From assembly GCA_002633005.1 (NCBI GenBank), contig NMRA01000004.1, positions 1,497,245-1,561,244 of the forward strand: a stretch of DNA of 64,000 nt, given 5' to 3'. Numbering within the stretch: position 1 is the first letter of the stretch; every line of letters starts with the position of its first letter. Origin of the DNA: Phoronis australis. Taxonomy: Eukaryota > Animalia > Phoronida. Positions 13,052-25,600 of the stretch are shown here, piece after piece. Position numbers and translations under genes: made by a program. Under the pieces are notes generated by a model that worked only from the letters and a program-made list of their open reading frames with translations, was not told the DNA's origin and made no database searches.

Positions 13052-13778
13052 CTTTCAGACATCAAATGACAAAAAAACGTTCCATTTGGAGAAACATGAT
13101 ATCATTCCGGCTTAAAGGTGATTTCAATCAGAGAAGTGGTCTACAAACAGCCAACTGTAATTGACTTTTGCGTGAAAATGATCTCTTGATTTCAAATTCA
13201 TTATTTGGCCGGAATTCTATCGATTTTATTCTAAAATGTTATAGGTGTTATTTACTCTGTTCTGTCGTGCCTCGTTATTTCTATGTTGTCGCCATGGATG
13301 AGATATACTTCATTTGTCCAGGCTTTTAGTGCTGCACGTCTATTGAAACTATCAGCGGACACAGTGGTTTTAAGTTTCAAGCACCGATCGAAGTGCCAGA
13401 GAACTTCCCTGCTATTTCAGTAGATTCTATTGTAAGTTTACCTAGACTTTATTTACACTAGCCTACATGTATATGGTGGCATATAATCCATGTATCTACA
13501 TGAGAAGTGAGTTCTGCCTATGTTTGTATTGAGACGCATGCGTCTGAGTGCGGCAAATTTGAATGAAATCAAAAAGTATAGATTAATGAAGACGATTTTT
13601 GTTACAATGGATGTTGATTTAAAACCAAGAAATCAAATGAAAAGCCCGAGAAGGAAAGTAAAGTTATGAAACCCATCCCGAGGCACCCAATTTTACTGGA
13701 GACGACTATCGTCGCTCATAGGTTAAGTTCTGAACAAAGAGTAGCCAACATCCAGCCGCCAGGACGTACACGTGTTCG

Positions 13779-13925
13779 TAGTGCTGTAGTGGTAAAATTA
13801 GAGGTAAGGCGCCCAAAGACCACTGTATCACCTTGAGCACTGAACGTAACTTATGGTGCGTAGGCGCCAAATGCCAAAAGGTGGTTGGTTGCGCCTACGT
13901 GCGCCTACGCCCCACTACAGCACTG
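13779..13925. mobile_element. hAT-type MITE with 8-bp TSD
   Basis: TIRs TAGTGCTGTAGTGG / CCACTACAGCACTG. Perfect TSD CGTGTTCG at 13771-13778 and 13926-13933. Confidence 0.9.
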
Positions 13926-14992
13926 CGTGTTCGTTAAGTTGAAACACAACCACGGTAGAGTTCAAAAGATGTATCTCGGTGAGAAAAATCTAGCCAAAAT
14001 AATGAATCACGAGACTTCATTGAAATTGCACGGCAAAATCTCGTATAGTGTTGTGAAGTTTTGCTTTGTCAGCGAAGTTCCGCTAGCGAGGTACTGCAGG
14101 TAGCGTTACTCTACCCTGGGTATCGTTCAGGAGACCGTTTTGCGGCGAGAACACTTGTGATCTCACTGGACCGTTTTGTTGATAACAGTTCGTAAATCAT
14201 TCGCTAGAGCGACGCCACCGGCCATGCAAAGCAATATGGGTAATATTTTGGAGTTCACTGTGGGACTGACGTATACAGCAGACGACGCGTTATTAAAGAA
14301 GCCGACGCACGGACTAATTGAGTAAAACAATTCAAGAAACTGATATTCTGGCTCACCCCATCACTTAATAGTTATGCACTGCTATTTTGCTCGCGGAATG
14401 CACTAAAAAGAAATTTTGCCAATGATACAGATATTCAGAGCGCTTGGCCTATCAGTGTGCATGCTTTCCCAATAAAAGGAACTTTTAGACTGCGTTCTTT
14501 CGCGTTTGGGACGATGAAGATGCTGTGCTAGTCCTGGGAAACAACATTTGTTCATAGGCTGGTTTTAAAGAATGTCATCGTTCATGCCAATTGTTGTTTT
14601 GTGTGTTGACGGAATGACAAAACATGTTTTTCACTGCTGATAGAATATTGTAACATCTTGAATATTTCGTTCAGATATGTCCATCATTCAGAAAGTGGCA
14701 CTTATTTCCGAAAGAATGCCTTTATTTCAATCCGCGATTTTCAGAAAAAAGAGCACTCGCTCAGTGCGCACCTTCGGACGTTTCAGAAATTAAATCAGGT
14801 GTTGCTTTGAATTCCAACAAAAAACTAAGACTCGGTTAAAAAGACAAAAAGATCAGCTGACATTAGGCCTACTTGAAAAATTAATAATCAGATAAACTCT
14901 GAGAATTCCACTGAATCTTTTACGCTCATTTTAGAAACAACTTTAAGGGCTGTGACGGATCAAAAATTATTATACATTTACTTATACAATTA

Positions 14993-16413
14993 CAGTACAG
15001 CCACTGAATTTTTAGACTTCGTCCGGGCTACCTCACGCCTGGCCAGACCGGAGCGAAACCGGAACACAGGCGTGACAGAAATCAGTCACGGTCGCCTCAC
15101 GCCTACTCTCCGAGTAGTCCTCACGCTTACCTCCGGTTTAGTTAACGCCTTCCTCACGCCTCGTTCACGCTTTCTTCACGCCTCCGTCACGCTTACCTCA
15201 CGCTTTCTTCACGCCTTCGGTAGCTGTGGTAACCATGGTAGGGCACCGGGCTAATCAGTAAAAATACATGTAACGTCTTGATTGCCTGTCGTTTCGGTCA
15301 ATTTGCAAAGACATTATAGTATATTATAGAGTATCTTTGCAAGCGGTCATCTATCACACTTGGGTTCCGACTAACTCTGTAATTCCACGTGTTGTTCATA
15401 CAAACGTCTTCCTTCAGCTCGTCTTGTGTTACATTTAAATGTACATGTACATGTTCAATTTACGACTTAAGAGCCAGTCCCATCAACGACAAACATGTAC
15501 AGTAACCACGTTAGTAAATACGAATAAACGTGACCCTGTGCCCAGAGTCATCTTTACATGGCTGTGGACTCCTTGAAACTTGTCACAGGTGGATATAGTT
15601 AATTCGCCCTAAAAATAGCCTACGCATCTTGTGAAGTATTGTGTCACTCCGTAAATTTTTGCACCGCACTGGCGTACAGAAAATTTCAATAGGCCGCCCT
15701 TCTGACATACCCATCCCTTACTGCAAGCAAATGTTTTGACTTAAAAGTCCTGAATCCGTCGTGCAGTTCAGTTATTTGTAGCCCCCTTCCCGTAGTACAT
15801 GCGTTTCGACTGAGTACACAGTATCCCCGGGGTACTTCTTGACTAAAATAATAATAGCGGTCATCTGTTTGACTCGTCAAATGCATGGGTGTGATCAGTT
15901 TTCTCCGCATGATGCCGGAACTTGGGATCAATGTGCTCAGAATTGACATGCTATGCTCCTTCATATCCTGAAGGCAATTGGATAACTCCGCCGTGTACAC
16001 GCGTGTTAAGATTCTTTATTAGTTTATATAAAAAACAAATAATTTGATATAAGAGAAAAGTAAAGTCCACAGGTCTGTTTTCTGAAGTGACTTAAGATTT
16101 GAGACGGAAATTTTGGTCTTTTACTGCACGTGACGATTTCAAAAAAATTAAACCTCACATGAGCAAAAGTCTATGAGAATACACACACATCGCTGCTAGT
16201 TACTGATGTAATTTTAATCAATTACTTTATCATCTGCGATGCAGGTAAACTCACGCCTAACTCAAGGTAAGCTCCGGGTACAGTCACGCTTAGGCTCACG
16301 CCAGCCGTCACTGTTGATTCACGCCTCACTCTCCGGTCTGTCTCCGGTTACGGTCACGGGTTGCTAGACCGGAGAGACACCGGAAAGAGTCTAATAATTC
16401 AGGGGCTGTACTG
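14993..16413. mobile_element. Tc1/mariner-type non-autonomous DNA transposon, 1.4 kb
   Basis: About 26-bp TIRs CAGTACAGCCACTGAATTTTTAGACT / AGTCTAATAATTCAGGGGCTGTACTG, TA on both sides, and subterminal arrays of CTCACGC(C/T)T. Confidence 0.85.
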
Positions 16414-18829
16414 TACTAAGATGACTTTTTCTTGCTACTAAGTATGAAAGTGATAGTCAAAACCAATTACCCTATTTGAGTATATCCGTCGTTTTGGTCG
16501 CTCTAGTTATCACAACCATACACTGCACCTTTCCAGTCGAATGTCCTCTGAAAACAAAAATGTTTCCCAGAAGCCTTTGCGATTGTCAAAATGGCGGCAA
16601 TCAACAAAGAGGTATTATACACGACAAATTCTCTCGTAAGTCTTGCTTTTCTCAGAGACTGCTATGTCAGCGGTACTGAACTCTCCCCATATTTCTTTCT
16701 GACTGAGTTGACTGGTCATGTACTGGTGCATGTGCCTCAGTACTGCGGCTTAATACGACTTAAACTGAGACCAGCGCAATGTAGGCGATTAAACGCTACT
16801 GTTTCTGAACGACATTGACATGAAAAAATGTAATCAACAACAGATATGATCTCTCTAAGCCCTGAAATACGTGCTAAGAAAAAACTCTGCAATCTGACAG
16901 AATTTCTAATCTCCCTTACACTATGATAAATGCGCGCTTGCGCTCAAAGTCAAAGTGACTGGCAAGATGGATATTAACGGCAAATTATCGTGTGTGATCG
17001 CATTCCGAATCTGAGGTCAACAGCACAAGACGAGATAAGCCAGTGAAGCAAGCGATTTCCCAAAGTGCATTTTAGAAAATAGCGATACCTTTTATAACTA
17101 AATTTGAATAGTGAAAACTTACATCAATTGCCTCTTAATCCAAGTGGCTGGTGCGGAAAGATAGCCTCCAGCGACCAAAAAAACCTTTTGACACCCGAAA
17201 TACAAGTATTTTTTATGAAAATATTGCTTTTTACATACCACATAAAGTAATTAATTGCGACATAATTTCCACCACCCATACTTCGTAGCTCCTTCGAGCG
17301 CCCCAGAATCAACGTAAAGTGGTATGTACATGACATCGTCGTGTCAACGAAATTTCTCCGAAGCCTCCGTTGCACAACAGCCGAGCAGGCTACTTATCGG
17401 TCTCTGGGCTAAAATTACGCGTTGCGTGACGTAACAGTGCAGCAACGTAAGAGGCTAAAGCATATTTTTGCACAACTTCACCGCCGATCCCGTCATTTGC
17501 CGTGCACGGAAAAGATTCGTATCGAAATCAAGGAAGGATTGGGTACAAGTAATAGCAAAAGATCTGTTCTAGCCTTGTACAAAGCTAATACTAAATATAC
17601 AGCTTTGCCCCCATATAGGTAAAAAACTGGCCAAATAAAACCTGACATGAAATTAGTGCCATTAAAAATTAAACTCTTCCTTGAGTAAGCAAAATTTTTT
17701 ACCAGTGTTGGAAAAACTTGTGTTCTACCGTTATTCTGTTGCTAAAATTGTGGCGCGATATTTTGCGCCGGCTATAGGCGCCATCATATATTTCGTCACA
17801 GTTTCGTTTTCCCAATTCATCAATCAACTATTTTTCTTCCATGAGGTTGCGTACATACATGTCACAATAAATTGTTGGGGGTGGTTTGATTTCTCTATAT
17901 TTTTAATTCCAGCCAACCCCACTTCAGAACACATTTTGCAACAGTGACACGGCAGAAAAAGAGTGTAAATGTATTGAGCACAGAAATTCCGAATTCCGTT
18001 TTAATGATCGATGAGGAGTTGAGGTTTATTTTTTGAGGGCAAGAACGGTTAAACTGGTGACGGTGTTGATCTTTCGAATGAATAATTCTCGCGGTCCAAT
18101 TCAGAATCCGGAAAGTGATTGTACCGGAAATAATGTACACGTACTCTTGATAAGTAAATCGACGAACCTTAAAATGCGGCCAGTTGTAGAGATATTTAAG
18201 GGAATTAATCAACAATGACAGTCAAAAGTCGAAATAATTTTTTTCTCATTTTCTAAAATATTTTTAGAGAAACTATTGAATAATCTGAAATTAACTAAAT
18301 ATTCACCGAGATTACGTTTTAAGGGTATAGGTTATGTTGAAATTCGTTGCACGAATTGTGCCGATAAAAATCAAATGACAAAGTCAATATTATGTAAGAT
18401 AGTACGTTTTATTATTCACAAGTTTGTTAAAACAAACAAATGCAGACAAAAAACTGAAACGTACTTGAAGATACTATAACGCAAAGTTTAAATCTTGCTG
18501 ACAACAGTCTCAGAAAATTTGAAAAATGTCCGAATTTCCTGTCCAATCCCTTGTCGGGGTTTGTGTTTTTCAGGCTGGTAAACTATTTTGAAGGTGCGAG
18601 AGTCTGTTTTCGACTCCGGCATACCTGTTTTACACCGGGGTTCCTGTTTCGATTGAACACCCTCGTACAAACAAGTTAAATATTTGCTATATTTCGAGAC
18701 GTGGTGTGAAATGAATGTGGAAGAAGTGAAATGAACAGTGAAATAAACTGTAACAACAGCTAGAGCATACAGTCACAGAGTGTGAATGTACCATACGGTA
18801 AGAATCCCGCAAGCCTTAACAGGACAACG

Positions 18830-19415
18830 CTAGCCTGTGGTACATGTGTGAGCTGTCCATTTAGCTCAGTTTTTTACGTGGTTGATCAAGAGAGACTCCA
18901 AAATCTTCAACCGAAATACAATTTTCTACACAGTAGATGCTGGCATTGACTATTTCTTTCCTAGTTATTCTTCGGCAATGTTGGAGTAAAAATCATCTTA
19001 AGTGGAACGTCACCGCAAATGCATGGACATTCGTTCGGAGAAGGAAAACACCTTGTGTCCAACGTAACGTTGTTCAGGAGAATGAGGACGTAGACATTCG
19101 TGCATATGACATGTGAATTGATAAACAACATCACATTTGGCCGTTGGTCGCGATTTTTCCCGCCTGGAGTTGTTTCTCATGACAAAGTTAAGGGACTTTA
19201 TATTCAGATAATTCATAATTACATTCAATCTATCACCAGAATTGACGACCTTAACGTTATCTCTTACGATCTTCTTAAGCACAGGTTCGTCACTCGGATA
19301 ATCATTAGACATACAGTTAAAATACTACACGTTCTTAGTGGTCCTACTGCTAGGTTAAATGTCAACATGAGAGTCAGTCTAAGTTACTAAGGACCTGACG
19401 AGGTTATAATTAACC
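18830..19415 (-). mobile_element. Penelope-like element remnant (GIY-YIG end), degenerate
   Basis: ORF 19010-19312: SNDYP...CDVVYQFTCHMHEC...RYVGH...ERMSMH, then LKILESLLI...ELNGQ near 18850-18915. These are typical PLE thumb/GIY-YIG C-terminal motifs. Confidence 0.75.
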
Positions 19416-19425
19416 ACTTCGCCCT

Positions 19426-21318
19426 CTAACAATGACTGTGTCTGCATTTTGTAAATTGTATGCTGGGGCACACGATGTATAACCTTCCATTTTTGGCAAC
19501 CAGATTCCTGTGAAATATCAGCTTAAGCCACGCATGAGGTAAAATCAGCCTCAGTCGTTTCTCTAAGTTGAGACTGAACTCCAAATAATGCATTGACCAT
19601 ATGAAACGCCTGTGCCTTTCTACTGATGACATCACCCCACACATTTTTGCCACCATGAAATTAAGAATCGCAACAGACACAAAAAATACAAACATAAAAT
19701 GAGTGAAGAGTACTATGTTCCTTATGGATTGTACCTGTTCGGCTACAGCTTTCACGTCTATCATGTTTAACATGATCAGAAAGGAACTATACCATGTGGT
19801 AGGGGGGTTCGCAAAATTTGAGGAAGCAAAGGTATCGCCGAGAAAGGTCCAAAACAGCAACATGGAAATGGATATTATCATACATACAAAAAACATGTCA
19901 ATTAGAAATTGCTTAAGCACATGAGAAGTGTTAATGATTAAGAAGCCTGACAGCGGTAGGAAAATAAAGCACGACAGTGACACTCCAAACCCTATAGTAA
20001 GTATTGACCCAGCAAAGACAACCAAATTTCCACAACATAATGGGTAGAAGATGGCTAAGACATAGGAAATGAAGGTGGTTATGACGTGGAGGGTATTGAA
20101 CCCGCGATAAAAATGTGTGGCCAGAATATAGCTTCCGGTTAGTGAAAAGCGTAGGAGTGGCGTTTTAAAACTGTAGCGAAGCCAGTAATAGGCGGAAACT
20201 CCATCATGATACAATGCCCAAAATAATTGAATCGTAGCAAGGGTTACTTCAGTCGTTAAAGCACATGCTTCAAATACAGTCCACTCTATTGATAGCAGCG
20301 TGTTAAACTTCTGATGGTTTTGGGTGTCATTAGAAGTAGTTAGAACGTTGCTTACTTCCATAAACTTAATTGCCTCATGTCTTTGGCATGAAGTAACTAA
20401 CGGTAACAGAATTTTCTTATGACACGCGCAGCAAACATACACAAACAGTACACTGTATAAGACAGAAAATGCAGCCATTGTCCATCGAATGTATCGCGTT
20501 TGCTTATTAATGAGTTTCGACCACTGAATTAGCGGATTGCACGAGGCTATCTGCTCCCCGTTTGAAGATTCTAGGTGAGAGAACTTCAAGAACAACAAAA
20601 GTTCCAACGGATTGGGTGCTTGTTGTCGTCTTGGATATTCCACGTACTCAGTGATGTCGTACATGTATTCTGTTCGTATGCCTGTGGAAGTCGAGATGAG
20701 ATGTCTGTAGACATTGTCCGTGTTAAATATGTGTCTGACCAAATGCCAACGCCTTAATCGTGTGGCAAGTTCGATTGGATTAAGTCCGTTGTTACATCTG
20801 CCCCAAATAATCTTTTTCAGACTTCCGTGACTCTTCTCTGTAGTCAAATGGACGCTGACAATTTTAAAGATGTCACAGAAAGCCTGCTCCTTTTCCCGAA
20901 AAGCGAAAGCAAACAGCACAAGCATGTGTACGAAGTTGTAGCCACACTCGTTGACGGCCAGGACATTCCCGCCATTTTTAATGAGTAATCGGATGATCAC
21001 GTCACTGCCTGATAACGCCGCACAGGTCAATGGATACGAAATTTTTGTCGGAACTATTTTGGTGAGCAAATCGTCAGTCTTCCACGGGGATTCAAAGCAG
21101 CCTTGTTTTAAAAACGCGGCACCCTCTACAGGCTGGTTTATAAGGTTTTCTTTTTGATGGTCGTGAATTCCGTCAAGAAAATGTTCAATTCCTTCAAGGT
21201 TTTCACTTTGAATTAATTTCAACAGCTCTATACGTTGAGTAAAATCAACAGAGTTACTTCTCATTTCCTCTAACGTACATGTAGCTATAGACTGGGAGGG
21301 AAAGACTTGCCAGGGCAT
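19426..21318 (-). CDS. TRPV5/6-like cation channel (ankyrin repeats + 6TM), single coding exon, copy 2, 630 aa
   Basis: Collinear paralogue of 11177-13051 with the same start MPWQVFPSQSIAT, ankyrin motifs, filter LNMID, S6 LNFMVAKM and LEKRL. About 340 bp of 5' flank is also duplicated (13052-13385 vs 21319-21660). Confidence 0.85.
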   Translation of the reverse strand: MPWQVFPSQSIATCTLEEMRSNSVDFTQRIELLKLIQSENLEGIEHFLDGIHDHQKENLINQPVEGAAFLKQGCFESPWKTDDLLTKIVPTKISYPLTCAALSGSDVIIRLLIKNGGNVLAVNECGYNFVHMLVLFAFAFREKEQAFCDIFKIVSVHLTTEKSHGSLKKIIWGRCNNGLNPIELATRLRRWHLVRHIFNTDNVYRHLISTSTGIRTEYMYDITEYVEYPRRQQAPNPLELLLFLKFSHLESSNGEQIASCNPLIQWSKLINKQTRYIRWTMAAFSVLYSVLFVYVCCACHKKILLPLVTSCQRHEAIKFMEVSNVLTTSNDTQNHQKFNTLLSIEWTVFEACALTTEVTLATIQLFWALYHDGVSAYYWLRYSFKTPLLRFSLTGSYILATHFYRGFNTLHVITTFISYVLAIFYPLCCGNLVVFAGSILTIGFGVSLSCFIFLPLSGFLIINTSHVLKQFLIDMFFVCMIISISMLLFWTFLGDTFASSNFANPPTTWYSSFLIMLNMIDVKAVAEQVQSIRNIVLFTHFMFVFFVSVAILNFMVAKMCGVMSSVERHRRFIWSMHYLEFSLNLEKRLRLILPHAWLKLIFHRNLVAKNGRLYIVCPSIQFTKCRHSHC

Positions 21319-22686
21319 CTTTCAGACATCAAATGACAAAAACTTGCGATTTGTGAACATATGATATCGTTCTCGTTCAAAAGGGGATTTCAATCAGAGA
21401 AGTGGTCTACAAATAACCAACTATAATTAACTACTGCACACATGTGATCTCTTGATTTTTAATTCATTGTTTAACCGGATCTCATCAATTTCATAGCAAA
21501 ATGTTATCGGTGTTTTATTTACCTGTTATTTACTCTGGTTGCGTCTGCCTCATTGTTTCTGTATTATCGTCATCGATAAGATATACTTCATTTATCCAGA
21601 CTTTTAGTACCGCATGTCGAGTAGAAAGTTTTGCTGACACAGTGGTTTTTAGTTTCGAGCTAAGCCAAAGTTTTAACAGTCAATAAGTGTTTTCGTTGGA
21701 TTTTTGTTGCCCTTGAAATTTGCATGGAAAAGCCAAATAGTTTCTTACGTTAAGACCACCAATGCCGATTTGAAAATTTGAAATGCACGTTTGTCGATCA
21801 TTATTAAAATCTGAACTACATGTACAATCCATCCAGTTTGTAAACAATATACACAATAGGAATGTCCAACCATTTCATTTTCACTGCTGTAATATTTATA
21901 CTGCAAAACTGTGAAAGAGTTCAGTGCAAAATTCGCAAATGTTTATGTTGCTTTTTCTGCACACCGGCGGTACTTATTGTCCATATACTTAGGGCTAGCG
22001 TTGACGTATAACTAGGAGCTCATCTAGCTGCAAGAAAGGAAAGTGAGTTGAACTTAAGGCTCACGTCAAGAAGTAAATAATTCAATGAGTTGGCGGTAAG
22101 TATGATTGGATGAACAAGACATCAGTTCATTCAACTGTGTCCATATTTCCATGCCTTGAAGTTAGCTGTCAGCACGGCTGACTTTCACCTGAGGCTGTCA
22201 ACTGAGTTCCTAGCTCTCCGTCTGCGCTGGCATTAACCACGTCAAATATCAATTTTGCAAATTCTGTACCTGTACCTTTATACATGTAATTAGAAAGAAA
22301 GACAGTGGGATGAAATTCGGGTATGTTCATGGAACCTGACAATAGATAATTAAAGTTTTGAAATTTGACAAATATGGCACTAACCTCTTGTTGGAGACGC
22401 TATTAACACCTCAGGCATCAGGCTACAATGGCTGCTCTTGATTGACTTCGTCGGTTAGATCCGTCGAGTCCACTGGCTAAGACACCTGACTGGTCTGTAA
22501 GCCGGACGTCGCAATGAAGAACCAATCAGAAATCGTAGCCAGTTAATCCGAGGCAATCAAGTGCATCCAATAACATTCTTATAATTTGGACCTTCAAATT
22601 TATTTTTATTATCAACGGACAGATAGTTTTAATAACTTATTTGTAGTACCGTGCATCAGATTTGTTTAGTAGGTGATCGCTGTGGG

Positions 22687-25600
22687 CTAAATTTTGTGCT
22701 CCGACATGACTGCTTCCTTTGACAAGGCTTGTTTACCTAGTCCTTTATTTCGGTTTTTGCTGTGCTTTCGCTTTTTATGTATTTTCTTAGATTTGCCCTC
22801 CTCTGTCTTGGGTTCAGGACTCTTGGGTGACTTTTTCTTAAAAAGTCCGGAAAAGCACGACGGCGGCTTCTTCGTCTTCTCCCATTTATTCTCCTCGTCG
22901 TCATCCATTTGCTCAGTTGGTACAGGTTGGTTTCCGCTTTTGCTCTTACTGGAGACAGGATCAGCATCAGGCAAGGTACTCTGCTTTTCCGCAGACTCAT
23001 CGAGACCACCTGTGACCATACCTGATGTGTCGTATTCCGTGATCCTCCACTGGGCATTTTTTTGCGGGCTATCTGACGTTACCCTCACTTCCCGTTGGTA
23101 CGTTTGGTACGTTGTATCTTCGTCATCCGTGCTTACAGGTTTCTTTGACACGCTTGTTAAGCGTAGGCCGTCCATATTGTCTTGCCGAAACAATGCCTGT
23201 TCTGCAAAGCGTTTCATGGCTACACCACATTTCTACAATAAACAAGACCATTGCATTGCAATATTCGTCCTTAGATTTACAATGTTTTGTGTAATTCAAA
23301 TGCTGAATTTGGATCCTGTCTAAGTCAAGGACTACCAGAGGCCCTCCATAAAATTTCATATCAGTTATTGCAACTTGCACTTGAGTTTCATGCTGGACAA
23401 AAAGAAGGAAATTTTTTCGTGAAACTGCTGTTTAATCAACCATCACCAGACGTCGTCTTGGCAAACCCTTAATAGACTGACGCGGCTAGGATTTCGTGAA
23501 AGTGAAGCACCACAGTTTTCAAAGGTCGTTTTCCACGTAGGCCCTCAAATCGGCATGGCGACTGCATTTTTGTATCGTGCCCGCAAAAATGGACCCCCGG
23601 CCCACAAAATCTGCCTATGTAACAATGAGCATTCTGGTACGAAGAACAATGCTCGAGTGTCTCAAAACACAATGCCATCAAAATGACGATTAAATGTACA
23701 GGAAGACGATCTACGGATTAACCAAACTCATGAATTATTTTGTGAAAACGACATAGCAAGAACCTACCTTCTCCCATTGGCATCTCCAGCCACGCAAATG
23801 TGCGACGCACTGCTTCTTCACTTGCTAAAAGGAAAGGCACAATGTACGAAGGGGGATGAGGGGTGTCTCTAGAACTCACATACCGTCTCAGTATTACAAA
23901 ACACAGCTAGAGACCAATGCGTGCTTGACTCAGTATTTTTAAAATTCTCAAGGATTATCCTACTGGGGACTATATAAATACTTACCTTACTATTATCTGG
24001 TAACTGACCCGTGTTCTCTGAACTGCCCATTTTGATGGAAGGAAGTGATTGTGTATGAGTCAAGTCACCATCCGTATTAACCACTTGACCTTTCTTGGCA
24101 TCATAATGGCACTGGAAGTAGGAATAATGCGTGGCAAATTTTCAACACGTCAGTTACAAAAGCTAATGCAGAGACATGTATAGCAGGCTCGCACTCAACT
24201 ACCCATGAATAAAAGCTGCACGTACAGAACAAAAAACCAACACCAAATCTGGGCAATCGTGAAATTTCTGTGATTTTAGTCCATCAAACAGTTAACAAAA
24301 AAACACAATACACATACATTCAATTATGTCCATTATTTGGAAATGTCTTATTCGAAACAGACACACAAACGCATAAACGAACAACAGAACAAATTATGTA
24401 TTCATGGACCTCAGCAGTCCAAGTCATATCAATGCCAAAGAGAGAACAGTGAATTTGACCAAATGAATTGATTAACCCACAAAAATAAATGCAAACGCGA
24501 CTCGCTGGTCATATTAATAGAAACTCAAAATTGAACGGTTTTCTCGAAAGATTTTCTCCATGAGGCGTTTTTTATTTTGGTTGGGGGAGGCTCTCCAAAA
24601 CCCATTTATGAATTACGTACACGTACTACTAGTCAGCCAATATTGACGTTTTCTTTTATTAGCATTCTTGAAGAGGTGCAAAATACGATCACGTTCCATG
24701 GATTACAACGTATCCTGATGGCTTAACTTACCTCTGCTCGTTGCGGAACTTTCTCACTTTTAATTAGCGCCACGTTGAGTTTTTTCTTAAGGTGAGGAAC
24801 GTAGGGAACAGAAACTGCCCTCTTCGTTTTCGGCTATTGAACAAAAACAAAGGTAGAACTGGTGTCAGTTACAACATCATCAATAACACTTTGTTCGCTC
24901 CCCTTGTTTAGTTACATAATTATTAGCTCATCACTGCCAGGAAATAATTTGTACTAATTTTCTCAATAATTAACAGCTTTGGATAGATTCTCAGATACTT
25001 TATTGTTTTGCTAAATTCTGTGTGCAAATTATTTTTAAGCAACAATACAAGGACTATGTGAATTGTAGACCTCTTTTACGCGCTGTCATAATTAATGAGG
25101 TCTTTAAAACTTGAGAAGAGTCTTCATGCAATTTCCATTGCGTTGCTCATCTGTCTATTGTGACATTAAAACTAGAACAAACAAAAGCGCAATTACAAAC
25201 CATTACAATTTTTGTCGCCTTTTTGCAGATGGCAAGATTACGTAACACCGTTATGCAAGTTCTAACCTTTTCAGCAATGGCGTCATCAATGTTCATGCCT
25301 TTCTCCTTAATATCCGATAGCGTCATGACCTTTACACCAACATCCTGTCCTCCCCACAGGACAGATTGAACGTCTTGTGCCTAAGATAACACACGGTATG
25401 CTAACTTCTCTACATGATTCCCAATGATGGGAAGGGTTGCCTATCCACCTCGGGTATTTTTGTAGTCACAAATTATAATTTCAGGCTACACAAGTACCCA
25501 GACGCGCTGCCCCATTCTGTACAACTCGATCGAGTATTTTCATATTTGCATCATTATTTCCTCCCGTACGTGAAAATTATCTGCGCAGGTGCGAACTCGA

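Noticed and set aside
22694-23323. 209-aa plus-strand ORF
   Set aside because: Antisense shadow of the Lys/Glu-rich last exon of the minus-strand orphan gene (Ser/Phe/Leu-rich as expected).
23336-23392. VWA- or TIR-like similarity in the orphan protein
   Set aside because: Only a few residues resemble these folds; no DxSxS MIDAS motif or TIR box 1 is present.
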